Assembly: GCA_947630575.1 (NCBI GenBank)
Contig: CANRIB010000001.1
Span: forward strand, 6,085 to 70,084
Direction of reading: 5' to 3'
Source of the DNA: an uncultured Bacilli bacterium
Lineage (GTDB): Bacteria > Bacillota_I > Bacilli_A > RF39 > UBA660
Length of the DNA: 64,000 bases
In this document: positions 9,387-18,839 of the stretch, piece after piece
How the letters are laid out: every line of letters starts with the position of its first letter
Numbering within the stretch: the stretch's first letter is position 1
Position numbers and translations under genes: made by a program
Notes under the pieces: model-generated
What the model saw: only the letters and a program-made list of their open reading frames with translations
What the model was told of the DNA's origin: nothing
Database searches by the model: none

Positions 9387-10106
9387 ATGATTAGAGAGTT
9401 TGAAGGAATAATAGTTAAGGAAATACCTTATGGAGAAACATCAAAAATAATCCATTTATTTACAAGTGAGGGAATTATGGGAATTATTTGTAAGGGGGCT
9501 AAGTCTTTAAAAAGTCCTTTTAGAGCCACAACTTTAAAGTTTACTTATGGAAAATTTAATGTATATTATAAAGAAAATAAGTTGTCTACTTTAATAAGTG
9601 TAGATATAATTAATCCTTTAAGAAAGATTAAAGATGATATAGTACTTCTTAGTTATCTTAATTATTTGACGGAACTTACAGAACAGATTATTAAACAAAC
9701 TGATGAAAGTTTATATGCTAATTATATTACAACAGTGCTTAAAATAGAATCGGGTTTAGATCCTTTAATTATGTGCAATATAATTGAGATTAAATATTTA
9801 GATTATTTGGGCGTAGGTCTTAATTTAGATAGTTGTGTTCTTTGTGGGGCGAAAACTAATATTCTTACTATTGATGGAGATAAAGGGGGTTATATTTGTA
9901 GTAATTGTTATCAGAATGAATTTATTGTCGAACCTAAAACGATTCAATTACTGAGGATGTATTATTATGTTGATATTGAAAGTATTACAAAATTAAAGAT
10001 TAGTAATAAAGTTAGAGATGAGATTAATCAATTTTTAAATATTTATTATGATAGATATACAGGTTTATATTTAAAGTCTAAGAGTTTTTTGAAAAAACTT
10101 ATATAA
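9387..10106 (+). CDS. recO: DNA repair protein RecO
   Basis: OB-fold N-terminus, a CxxC...CxxC zinc finger (CVLCG ... CSNC), and context after era. Confidence 0.9.
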   Translation: MIREFEGIIVKEIPYGETSKIIHLFTSEGIMGIICKGAKSLKSPFRATTLKFTYGKFNVYYKENKLSTLISVDIINPLRKIKDDIVLLSYLNYLTELTEQIIKQTDESLYANYITTVLKIESGLDPLIMCNIIEIKYLDYLGVGLNLDSCVLCGAKTNILTIDGDKGGYICSNCYQNEFIVEPKTIQLLRMYYYVDIESITKLKISNKVRDEINQFLNIYYDRYTGLYLKSKSFLKKLI

Positions 10107-10201
10107 AATGTCAATATATGAAGAAATAGAGGAAAAATTGTAGGCAAAAGAGGATTTTTTTGATAGAATAGAAATATAATTAAGAGAGGTGTTTCGAGTT
10201 T

Positions 10202-11602
10202 ATGAATGATAATTTGAATATGAATGAAGAGGTTAAGGTGCCGGAAAGTGTTAATCCTACTTTAAATAAGAAAAGAAAATGGAAGTTTTTAATTGGGGGA
10301 TTAATATTTGTTATTGCTTTAGCTATAGGGTTATTTATAGGTTATAATAAGTTAAATTCTAATCCTTATGTAATTTATAAAGATACAATTAATGATATTT
10401 ATAAGAGTTTAAATAAAGTGTTAGATGAAAGTAAAAAAGAAGCTTTAAATATTGATGTATTAAATGAACCAATTAATATTAGAGCCCAAGCTAAGTTAAA
10501 TTCTGATATGGAAGAATTAAAGCTTTTAAATAATCTTAATTATGAATTACAGTTAGGGATGGATTATAAAAATAAAAAGGGGGCTGTTAATTTAGGAATA
10601 AGTGATGATGATAGTCCAATTGTTAAGTTATTATTAACTTTGGCTAATAAGAAATTATTATTAAAAAGTGAAGAATTATTTGATAAAACAATTGATTTTG
10701 GAGAAGCAGATGTTTTTAAGAGTATTAATTTAGATGAGATAAGTAATGTTAGTTATGATGCTAAAACAATTGATACTATTTTAGTTAAAGAAAAGAATAT
10801 TATTATTGATTCTTTAGATAAAGATAAGTTTAAATTAGAAAATACAAAAATAAAATTGGATAATAAAGAACAAAAAGTAAAGAAAGTAACTTATGTTTTA
10901 GATAAAGAAAATATGGAAAGAACTTTAAAATATATTGTTAGGGAAACTAAAAAAGATGAAGAGTTACTTGAAGCTTTAGGAAAAATACTTGGAATTAGTG
11001 GGGATGAAGTTAAAGATAAGTTAGATACTGTTTTAGATAATAAAGAATATGTTGATTTTAATATAATACTTTATGTTAATATGTTAAATGATGTTGTAGC
11101 AGCAGAACTTGAAAAAGATGGCGAAATTCTGATTAAATATGAAAATGTTCATGATTTATTTAAATTAAATATTGGGGGAGAAGAGGCAACTGATGGAATG
11201 CTTGAAATAACTGAAGAAAAAGAGGATATACTGGTAAAACTTCAAGATGGAACAGAAAAGTTGGAATTAAAAATTGGAAAAGATGAAGATAATAAAAATA
11301 TTAATTTTGATATAGATGTTGAAGGGTTAGTAGCAAATGGTTATTTGAAGCTTAGCAATCAAAAATATAGTAAAGCTAAATATTCAGGAAATTTTGAATT
11401 TAAGGTTGAAGGAAAAGCCGATAAACAAGATTTTGATTTAAAATTAACAGGAAGTATTAGTATTGATAGTAATAAATTACCAGAGATAGACGATAAAAAT
11501 ACAGTTTATTATGAAGATTTAAGTGAAAGTGATATGGCTAAGATATATAATAATTTAATTAATATAGCGAAGAAATTTAATTTAACAGATTTGTTTGTAT
11601 AA
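10202..11602 (+). CDS. Hypothetical membrane-anchored protein
   Basis: N-terminal TM segment followed by a long Lys/Glu-rich extracytoplasmic region. Confidence 0.6.
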   Translation: MNDNLNMNEEVKVPESVNPTLNKKRKWKFLIGGLIFVIALAIGLFIGYNKLNSNPYVIYKDTINDIYKSLNKVLDESKKEALNIDVLNEPINIRAQAKLNSDMEELKLLNNLNYELQLGMDYKNKKGAVNLGISDDDSPIVKLLLTLANKKLLLKSEELFDKTIDFGEADVFKSINLDEISNVSYDAKTIDTILVKEKNIIIDSLDKDKFKLENTKIKLDNKEQKVKKVTYVLDKENMERTLKYIVRETKKDEELLEALGKILGISGDEVKDKLDTVLDNKEYVDFNIILYVNMLNDVVAAELEKDGEILIKYENVHDLFKLNIGGEEATDGMLEITEEKEDILVKLQDGTEKLELKIGKDEDNKNINFDIDVEGLVANGYLKLSNQKYSKAKYSGNFEFKVEGKADKQDFDLKLTGSISIDSNKLPEIDDKNTVYYEDLSESDMAKIYNNLINIAKKFNLTDLFV

Positions 11603-11706
11603 GTAACTTTAAAGGTTACTTTTTTCTTTCTTTACTTGACAGATATTGGGTCTTAGTCTATAATAAATATATAAGCATACATCTGTATGATTTTCGAGGT
11701 GTTAAA

Positions 11707-12840
11707 ATGATAAATGAAGAAATTAAAAAAGAAATGAATAAACATAATAGTAATTTAAGTAAATATGCCTGTAAAGATACAGAAGCAATTTATTTAAAAA
11801 AAAGAGATGAAGATATAAGAACATCTTATTTTCGAGATATAGATAGGATTCTTTATTCTTTGGCTTTTATTAGATATCAAGATAAAACTCAAGTATTTCC
11901 TAGAACAAAAAATGATCATGTGTCAAAAAGAATGATTCATGTGCAATTAGTTAGTAAAATTGCTAGAACAATAGGAAGAGCGTTAGGATTAAATGAGGAT
12001 TTAATTGAAGCGGCGGCTTTAGGTCATGATTTGGGACATACACCTTTTGGACATCAGGGAGAAAAGTTTTTAAATGAAATTAGTTTAGAATATAATGAAG
12101 GATATTTTAATCATAATATTGAAAGTGTTAGATTGTTAATGAATATTGAAAATTATGGATTAGGACTTAATATAAGTGTTCAGGTGTTAGATGCAATTAT
12201 GTGTCATAATGGAGAGTTTCTTTTAGGTAATTATGAGCCTAGAAAAAAGACAAAAGAAGAATTTTTAGAAGAGTATAAAAATAGTTATTATGATAAAGAA
12301 GTTTTAAATCATTTAAAGCCAATGATTTTAGAAGGGTGTGTAGTTCGAGTTAGTGATTTAATTGGGTATTTAGGAAGAGATATAGATGATGCGATTAGAC
12401 TTAATATAATTAAAAGAGAAGATATACCTAATATGGTCGCGGATGTACTGGGAGTAACAACAAAAGATATAGTTAATACTTGTATTATGGATATTATTAA
12501 TAATAGTTATGGGAAAAATTATATTAAGTTAAGTGATAAAGTTTTTAAAGCCATATTAGATTTAAAAAAGTTTAATTATCAATATATTTATAGTAAAGCT
12601 ATGAGTGATGAAGAAGCAAGGGTTTTAAAAAATAAGTTTAAGATATTATTTGAAACTTATTTAAGAGATATTGAAAGTAATAATATGGATTCACCAATAG
12701 TTAATTCTTATTTAGAAAGTATGATTGATGATTATAAAAATAATAATACTAAAGAAAGAATTGTGCTTGATTATATGGCTGGGATGACAGATGATTATCT
12801 TTTAAAAGAATATGAAAGAATTAAGGGTAAAAAATCATGA
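11707..12840 (+). CDS. HD-domain dNTP triphosphohydrolase-like protein (dGTPase family)
   Basis: HDLGHTPFGH motif and the overall layout of the dGTPase-like family. Confidence 0.8.
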   Translation: MINEEIKKEMNKHNSNLSKYACKDTEAIYLKKRDEDIRTSYFRDIDRILYSLAFIRYQDKTQVFPRTKNDHVSKRMIHVQLVSKIARTIGRALGLNEDLIEAAALGHDLGHTPFGHQGEKFLNEISLEYNEGYFNHNIESVRLLMNIENYGLGLNISVQVLDAIMCHNGEFLLGNYEPRKKTKEEFLEEYKNSYYDKEVLNHLKPMILEGCVVRVSDLIGYLGRDIDDAIRLNIIKREDIPNMVADVLGVTTKDIVNTCIMDIINNSYGKNYIKLSDKVFKAILDLKKFNYQYIYSKAMSDEEARVLKNKFKILFETYLRDIESNNMDSPIVNSYLESMIDDYKNNNTKERIVLDYMAGMTDDYLLKEYERIKGKKS

Positions 12841-13598
12841 AAATATTAAAATATAAGAAAATTAAGGGTAATGAATATAAGATTATTACAGATAAAGGGG
12901 AGTACAGGTTATATGACGATATAATTATTAAATATGGGTTACTATTAAAGAAAGATATTTCAGAAAAGAAATTAAATGAGGTTTTAAAAGAAAATAATTT
13001 ATTACTTGCTTATTATATGGGGCTTAAAGCTATAAGTGTAAGACTTAGAGCCGAAAAAGAGTTAATGGCAATATTAAAGAAAAAAGGATTTAATGAAAAA
13101 GAAATTAAATATGCGATTGATAGATTAAATAAAGATGGATATTTAAATCATAAAGTTTATATAGAAGCTTATATTCATGATATGTTAAATTTATATATAG
13201 TGGGGGAAGATAAGATATATAGTGATTTAATTGATTTAGGGTTTAAAGACGAAGAAATAAAGCCTTTTTTAAAGAAAATAAATAAAGATATTTATTTAGA
13301 GAAAATTAATAAATATATTAATAAGAAAGTAAAAAGTAATAAGAAAAGTATTAAAGAATTTAAAAGAAAAACTTTAAAAGAATTGATAGATAAAGGATTT
13401 AAAAAAGGGGATATTATGTCTTATTTAGATAGTTTAGAGATAGAAGAAAATCAAGATGTAATAGGGAAATTAGTTAATAAATTATATAATAAATATATAA
13501 ATAAATATGATAGTTATACAACTAAATTAAAGATTAAAAGTTATTTATATCAAAGGGGTTATAATAATATAGATATAGATAAATATTTAGACAAATAA
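12837..13598 (+). CDS. recX: RecX-family regulatory protein
   Basis: Repeated three-helix modules, basic composition, size. Assignment is by resemblance only. Confidence 0.55.
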   Translation: MKILKYKKIKGNEYKIITDKGEYRLYDDIIIKYGLLLKKDISEKKLNEVLKENNLLLAYYMGLKAISVRLRAEKELMAILKKKGFNEKEIKYAIDRLNKDGYLNHKVYIEAYIHDMLNLYIVGEDKIYSDLIDLGFKDEEIKPFLKKINKDIYLEKINKYINKKVKSNKKSIKEFKRKTLKELIDKGFKKGDIMSYLDSLEIEENQDVIGKLVNKLYNKYINKYDSYTTKLKIKSYLYQRGYNNIDIDKYLDK

Positions 13599-13621
13599 AA
13601 AGGCTTCTTAAGCGAAGTCTT

Positions 13622-14647
13622 TTAGTTTTCTGAACTACTATTTTTATAACTATTAATAAGATTATTCATATAACGACCATATTGGCTATCTAAATCACTA
13701 TCAATAATATCTAGTTCATATTTATCACGATAGAATTTTATAGCATCAGGGATTAGGCTACGATCATTATTAAGTTTATCAGTAGTAATACTTTCTTTCA
13801 TGCTTTCTAAAGAATCGTCATAACTCTTTTTTTCACCTGTTTTAGTTTTTAAAATTACATGATAACCTAATTCAGTAGTAATAACATCAGTTGAAAATTC
13901 ACCATCTTTTAGTTTAGAGGCAGCACTAACTAATTCGTCATATTGGCTGTTTAGGGAACCAATATTAATTTCTCCTAGAGAGCCTCCATTATCTTTAGTA
14001 CCACTGTCTTCTGAGTTAGCTTTAGCTAGTTCAGCAAATTTTGTAGCTATGTCTTTTTTGTCGACTTTTTGAAGTTCTTTAATTAAATTTTTAGCTTTAG
14101 TTTCAGCTTCTTTTTCAGCTTTTTCTATTTCTTCATCTGTGGCGTCGTCTTCAACATCGGGAGCAATTAAAATATGAGAGATAGTCATTGATGGATAAAC
14201 TTTATTTTCATAATAGTCTTTTAATTCGTCTTCTTTAATATTATCACTGACATATTTTTCAATAGCTTCATTTTGTAAGTAACTAATATATAAAACATTT
14301 TCAAAGGCTTCTTCTGATGGATAACCATACATAGAAGATAAAGCACTTAAATATTCTTCTTCAGTATCATAGTTTGCTCTTATCTGTTTTAGATACGCGG
14401 TTGCATATTCAGTTGCCTCTTCTTTTTTGTCTTTTAATTCTTTTTCATAAACATATTTATCAATCATATTAGTAAGAGTATTTAAACCATAAGTTTTTTT
14501 AATCTCATTATATAATTCATTGGCACTAATCTTATCCCCATCTTTAAACTGTACTACTGCTTCATCACCATTAGATAATGTTGGAATCTTGCCACATCCA
14601 CATAGTAGGAAAGTGCAGGCTCCAATTAATAAAATCTTTTTTTTCAT
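13622..14647 (-). CDS. prsA: PrsA-like foldase lipoprotein (parvulin-type peptidyl-prolyl isomerase)
   Basis: Lipobox LLCGCG. Parvulin core ISHILI ... GGSLG ... GYHVI. Confidence 0.8.
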   Translation of the reverse strand: MKKKILLIGACTFLLCGCGKIPTLSNGDEAVVQFKDGDKISANELYNEIKKTYGLNTLTNMIDKYVYEKELKDKKEEATEYATAYLKQIRANYDTEEEYLSALSSMYGYPSEEAFENVLYISYLQNEAIEKYVSDNIKEDELKDYYENKVYPSMTISHILIAPDVEDDATDEEIEKAEKEAETKAKNLIKELQKVDKKDIATKFAELAKANSEDSGTKDNGGSLGEINIGSLNSQYDELVSAASKLKDGEFSTDVITTELGYHVILKTKTGEKKSYDDSLESMKESITTDKLNNDRSLIPDAIKFYRDKYELDIIDSDLDSQYGRYMNNLINSYKNSSSEN

Positions 14648-14737
14648 TTATTTTCCTCCTAATAAATCAATTATAACAATAAGTTTCTTAAAATACAAGG
14701 CTTTCTTGCTAAAACATAATTATAAATAGTTATTAAT

Positions 14738-14989
14738 TTAGGGTATTTCGTCGAATAATTTTCTAATATCGATTTTTAGAGCATCCGCGATTCTTCCTAA
14801 AGAAACAATGGTAAATCCTCTTTGGAGTTTTTGACTTTCTATTTTGGCTATAAAATTCATTGATAATCCAGCTTTATCGGCAAGTTCTTGTTGAGTCATG
14901 TGTGATGCTTGTCGATATTTTTTTATGTTGTGACGTATTAAATCAAAATAATAATTATCACTGTGTTCGAAAGTTTTCATATGTATCAC
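14738..14989 (-). CDS. XRE-family transcriptional regulator
   Basis: HTH MTQQELADKAGLSMNFIAKIES. Divergent from paralog T2. Confidence 0.8.
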   Translation of the reverse strand: MIHMKTFEHSDNYYFDLIRHNIKKYRQASHMTQQELADKAGLSMNFIAKIESQKLQRGFTIVSLGRIADALKIDIRKLFDEIP

Positions 14990-14990
14990 C

Positions 14991-15055
14991 TGTCCATATT
15001 ATTACGCAAAAATAATGTTTAATATATGGACAGATTGTCCAATATGATGTATAAT
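14991..15055 (+). promoter_or_regulatory. Divergent control region with TGTCC/GGACA half-sites and a -10 box for T2
   Basis: TGTCC (14991-14995) and GGACA-GAT-TGTCC (15028-15040) form palindromic sites. TATAAT at 15050-15055. Confidence 0.4.
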
Positions 15056-15097
15056 ATAATCAAAATAAAATGTTAAGTAAAGAAAGTAGGAAAAAAG

Positions 15098-17086
15098 ATG
15101 TTAAGTAAGAAAAGAACAGTAATTATTGTAGAAATAATAATGGTAATACTTGCTATATCAATATTTGGAACTTTTGCTTTTTTATCGACAAGTGGTAAAC
15201 AAGAATTGGCCAATACTTTTACAGCAGGTTGTTTAAGTATAACCATAGAAGAAGAGGGAAGAGCAATTGATTTAGAAAATAGATATCCAGTAACAGATAT
15301 AGAAGGATTAGAACAAGAGGGATATACTTTTAAAATAAAGAATAATTGTAGTAATGATACAAATTATCAAATAAATTTAGAATCATTAAGTGATCCAACA
15401 GCAGATACAACATTAAAAGCCGATTATGTAAGAGTATCCCTTTCAAGTGATACAATGGATAATTTAATAACAACATTAAAAGAAAATGATGTAGCAACAT
15501 ATCATTCAGAAAATGCTTATGTATCTTATAATCTTTATAGTGGAATATTAAAAGGAAGTGCAAGTAAATCATTTACTTTAAAAGAATGGGTAGAATATAA
15601 TACAACCAAAGAAGAAGGAGCAAGTAAAGAATATAAATCACAGATAAATGTTGTAAGTGATACAAGAGTAGAAGTAACCCCAACACCAGAAGTAAAGTTT
15701 ACTTATAGTGATAAAAAATATACAGGAGTATTAACAGAAGAAGCATCAAATGTTAAATATTGTATGACAACAGATAATAAATGTGATGCAAATAAAGATA
15801 TAGAAGTAAGCAATAAAGAAATAACAATAGAGGCAGAAGAAAATGATAATAAACAAATGATATGTACTGAAATAGAAAATAAAACATATTGTAGTAATCC
15901 TGAATTAATAGAAAAAGTAAAACTATGTCCAGAAGGTTGGGATGCTTGTGAAACAATATTAGCCAATAGTGAAATAAAAGGACCAGTTGGAACAATAACA
16001 GGGCCGAGTTGTAATGGAGCAGCAGGAGACTCATCGTGTTATAGCAGTGATACTAAAAAGAATAATATGGGACAGAATGGAGTTTATGATACAGTAGATG
16101 ATTATGGTAAGACATATGTGTTTCGGGGTTTTGTTCAAAATAACTGGTTAAAGTTTGGCAAAGAAAATGGACAAGATATATGGTGGAGAATCATCCGAAT
16201 AAATGGTAATGGAACAATAAGATTAATATATGCTGGAAAGGGTAGTGTTGCTCCAAGTACTAAGACTGCGGATACTCAAATTGGTACTAGTACTTATAAT
16301 ACAAATTATAATGATAATAAATATGTAGGATTTATGTTTGGAACAGCATCAAATGGTAGTGCAAGTAGTGAAGGAACAGCAGGTACTACAGATGGAGCAA
16401 GAAACGGAACCAAGCCAGCCCATTTAAACAAATATGATAGTACTATAAAGGATAAATTAGATGCTTGGTGGGTAACAACAAATTTAGGGGATACTGACCA
16501 AGTAAAACATATAGATATAGAAACAGGATTTTGTAATGATAGAGAACCAGTAAAGTCTGCACATGGTAGTTATGGAACTACTACATACGGAAAAACTCAA
16601 GCAGGATATGCTCCGGCAGATAGAGTATGGCAAAGTGGAAGTACAAGTTATGATTCAACACAAGAACCAACATTAAAATGTGGCGATGATACATCACGTC
16701 AATATGATTTATTTACAGGTACTGATGCAAAAGGAGTTATGGTTGATGGAAAAACAATAGCAGGAAATAATGAATTAACCAATCCAGTAGGCTTAATAAC
16801 AATGGATGAAGTAATATATGCTGGAGGATTCGCAGGTGCAAATAACAATAATTATTGGTTATATACAGGTCAAGATTATTGGACAATGTCTCCGCGTGGC
16901 TTTGGTGACTACTGTGCTTACGTGTTCTATGTGGATTCGTATGGCTACCTCCACTACGACCGCGTGAACGACGCGTTGGGTGTGCGCCCAGTAATAAATC
17001 TGGAAGCTGATACAGTAATTGATACATTAAAGGGAGTAGATTTGGCAAATGGAGGAACTACAGATAATCCATACATAGTCAAATGA
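15098..17086 (+). CDS. Secreted/surface protein, paralog T2, with SipW-type signal peptide and C-terminal variable tail
   Basis: The N-terminus K-K-R...FGTFAFLSTSG...NTFTAG resembles the TasA/camelysin-class signal. The C-terminal roughly 330 aa are near-identical to T4 except for the variable tail. Confidence 0.9.
   Translation: MLSKKRTVIIVEIIMVILAISIFGTFAFLSTSGKQELANTFTAGCLSITIEEEGRAIDLENRYPVTDIEGLEQEGYTFKIKNNCSNDTNYQINLESLSDPTADTTLKADYVRVSLSSDTMDNLITTLKENDVATYHSENAYVSYNLYSGILKGSASKSFTLKEWVEYNTTKEEGASKEYKSQINVVSDTRVEVTPTPEVKFTYSDKKYTGVLTEEASNVKYCMTTDNKCDANKDIEVSNKEITIEAEENDNKQMICTEIENKTYCSNPELIEKVKLCPEGWDACETILANSEIKGPVGTITGPSCNGAAGDSSCYSSDTKKNNMGQNGVYDTVDDYGKTYVFRGFVQNNWLKFGKENGQDIWWRIIRINGNGTIRLIYAGKGSVAPSTKTADTQIGTSTYNTNYNDNKYVGFMFGTASNGSASSEGTAGTTDGARNGTKPAHLNKYDSTIKDKLDAWWVTTNLGDTDQVKHIDIETGFCNDREPVKSAHGSYGTTTYGKTQAGYAPADRVWQSGSTSYDSTQEPTLKCGDDTSRQYDLFTGTDAKGVMVDGKTIAGNNELTNPVGLITMDEVIYAGGFAGANNNNYWLYTGQDYWTMSPRGFGDYCAYVFYVDSYGYLHYDRVNDALGVRPVINLEADTVIDTLKGVDLANGGTTDNPYIVK
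16886..16990 (+). other. Variable region VR2 (DGR-like)
   Basis: ATGTCTCCG ... GGTGTGCGCCCA. Encodes RGFGDYCAYVFYVDSYGYLHYDRVNDAL. The flanks are near-identical to those of VR4. Confidence 0.7.
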
Positions 17087-17140
17087 CGAAGTATGGATTA
17101 GAATACACTTTTCAAGGAGTGTAGCGAGTTTAATTTGAAT

Positions 17141-17183
17141 CTCAAGTCTAAAAAATAATAAATATTAAGGCTTGAGTTTTTTT
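17141..17183 (+). terminator. Rho-independent terminator after T2
   Basis: CTCAAGTC ... GGCTTGAG stem followed by TTTTTTT. Confidence 0.6.
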
Positions 17184-17347
17184 GTAATAATTGAAGTAAT
17201 AATACTTTTAGATTTTAATGGATGTGTTAATTGTTTAAGTGTTTTTGGGAGTTTATTATTTCTTTTCTATTTATTTTATTTGCCTAGCACCAAAAGTTTA
17301 ATTTAACGTAATATATAATGAAAAGACAAATAAAGGAGGAATGAATT

Positions 17348-17440
17348 ATGAATAACTGTGGATATGGAAACGGCATAGGTGCTGCGATAATCCTAGTGCT
17401 ATTTATCCTTTTAATTATTATCGTAGGAGCATTCATTTAG
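17348..17440 (+). CDS. YjcZ-like small hydrophobic (sporulation-associated) peptide
   Basis: 30-aa ORF MNNCGYGNGIGAAIILVLFILLIIIVGAFI behind AAGGAGG. Below the ORF-track cutoff. Confidence 0.55.
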   Translation: MNNCGYGNGIGAAIILVLFILLIIIVGAFI

Positions 17441-17467
17441 TCTTTTTGTTACCTAAGGAGGTGTCCC

Positions 17468-17599
17468 ATGGGATGTTGTAGTAATAATTCCTCTTCCAAC
17501 AATAATTGTGGTGGAGGTTTCGGCCTACAAAATAGTGCATTTTTAATTATAGTTTTATATATACTACTTGCAATAATCTTAGGCGGATTTTTGTTTTAA
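17468..17599 (+). CDS. YjcZ-like small hydrophobic peptide, second copy
   Basis: 43-aa ORF MGCCSNNSSSNNNCGGGFGLQNSAFLIIVLYILLAIILGGFLF behind AAGGAGG. Confidence 0.55.
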   Translation: MGCCSNNSSSNNNCGGGFGLQNSAFLIIVLYILLAIILGGFLF

Positions 17600-17651
17600 A
17601 GAGGGTAAGCCTCTTTTTAATTTGCTTTTTTAGAGTTTTGTGGTATAATAC

Positions 17652-18245
17652 TTGTGGCTTGGAAGGAGCATTATTTTAATGAAAGAATATAGAGAATTAA
17701 AAGTATTAGAAAATAATATTTTAAGTGATTTAGAAGAATTTAATGAAGAAAGAATAGTAACTAAAGTAAGAAATTTAATTTGGGCTTTTAATAAAGATGT
17801 AGATGGATATGGTACAACTTTTGGGAATATATTAGCAGTTGTAGTTTTAGTTAGTTTAATTTTAGGGGGTATAAGTTCTGTTACAATGGGATTTTTAGCA
17901 TCTATTGTGACAATTGGAGTTATTATGAGTTCTGTTTTAGTTATAAATAGTTTGATTGGACCTAAGGCAAATGAATATAGACTTACTAAAATTAAATTAT
18001 GGTTAAGTAAAAATAAAAGAAAGAAATTAGAAAAAGAATTAGATTTAGTGAAAAATAAATTAGAAGAATTTAAAATTAGTAATGATGATAAGAAAGAAGA
18101 AATAAAGGAGATTGATAAATCAAAACAAATATTAAGAGAACGTTTAGATTTATTAAAAAGATATGCGTTAATTAAAGAACTTAAAAAAATACCTAGGAAT
18201 GGAGTAAAACAAGAATTAGAGGGATATTCAAGAGTTAGAAAATAA
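17652..18245 (+). CDS. Hypothetical membrane protein with C-terminal coiled coil (likely start ATG 17679)
   Basis: ORF with RBS GGAAGGAG before the internal ATG. Two TM segments. Confidence 0.55.
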   Translation: MWLGRSIILMKEYRELKVLENNILSDLEEFNEERIVTKVRNLIWAFNKDVDGYGTTFGNILAVVVLVSLILGGISSVTMGFLASIVTIGVIMSSVLVINSLIGPKANEYRLTKIKLWLSKNKRKKLEKELDLVKNKLEEFKISNDDKKEEIKEIDKSKQILRERLDLLKRYALIKELKKIPRNGVKQELEGYSRVRK

Positions 18246-18365
18246 TTTTAGAGGTTAGCCTCTTTTTATTTTGTAAATTTTTTGTAAAATAGGTAATTTT
18301 TTTATGGAAGGCGAACACTTAGAACTTTACAAAAAAGTTAAGTTTTGATAATATTATGGTAAGCA

Positions 18366-18839
18366 GTGGTATATTGTGGTAGAAAGTGGGGGATTAAAAT
18401 GTTCATGGGCGAGTATCATCATAGTTTAGATGATAAGAAAAGACTTGTGTTGCCGGCTAACTTTCGAAGTAGTTTGGGAGAAAGTTTTATTATTACGCGT
18501 GGTTTAGAGAAATGTTTATATATTTATACTAAATCAGAATGGCAAAAGATAGTAGATAAATTAGCAAGTTTACCTTTTACTAAAAAGGATGCCCGAATAT
18601 TTGCAAGATCGTTCTTTTCAGCCGCTGCAGAAGGCACTTTTGACCGTCAAGGAAGAATAAGTATTACGACCAATCAATGGGAATATGCTAATCTTATTAA
18701 AGATTGTGTTATTATTGGGGTTAATGAAAGAATTGAAATATGGTCAGAAGAAAATTGGAATAGTTTCAATCAAGAATATAGTGATACTTTAGAAGAAGTG
18801 GCCGAAAATTTGTTTAATGGTGAAGATTATGCATTATAG
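18366..18839 (+). CDS. mraZ: Transcriptional regulator MraZ (likely start ATG 18399)
   Basis: MFMGEYHHSLDDKKR..LP and the duplicated SpoVT/AbrB-like halves. First gene of the dcw cluster. Confidence 0.9.
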   Translation: MVYCGRKWGIKMFMGEYHHSLDDKKRLVLPANFRSSLGESFIITRGLEKCLYIYTKSEWQKIVDKLASLPFTKKDARIFARSFFSAAAEGTFDRQGRISITTNQWEYANLIKDCVIIGVNERIEIWSEENWNSFNQEYSDTLEEVAENLFNGEDYAL

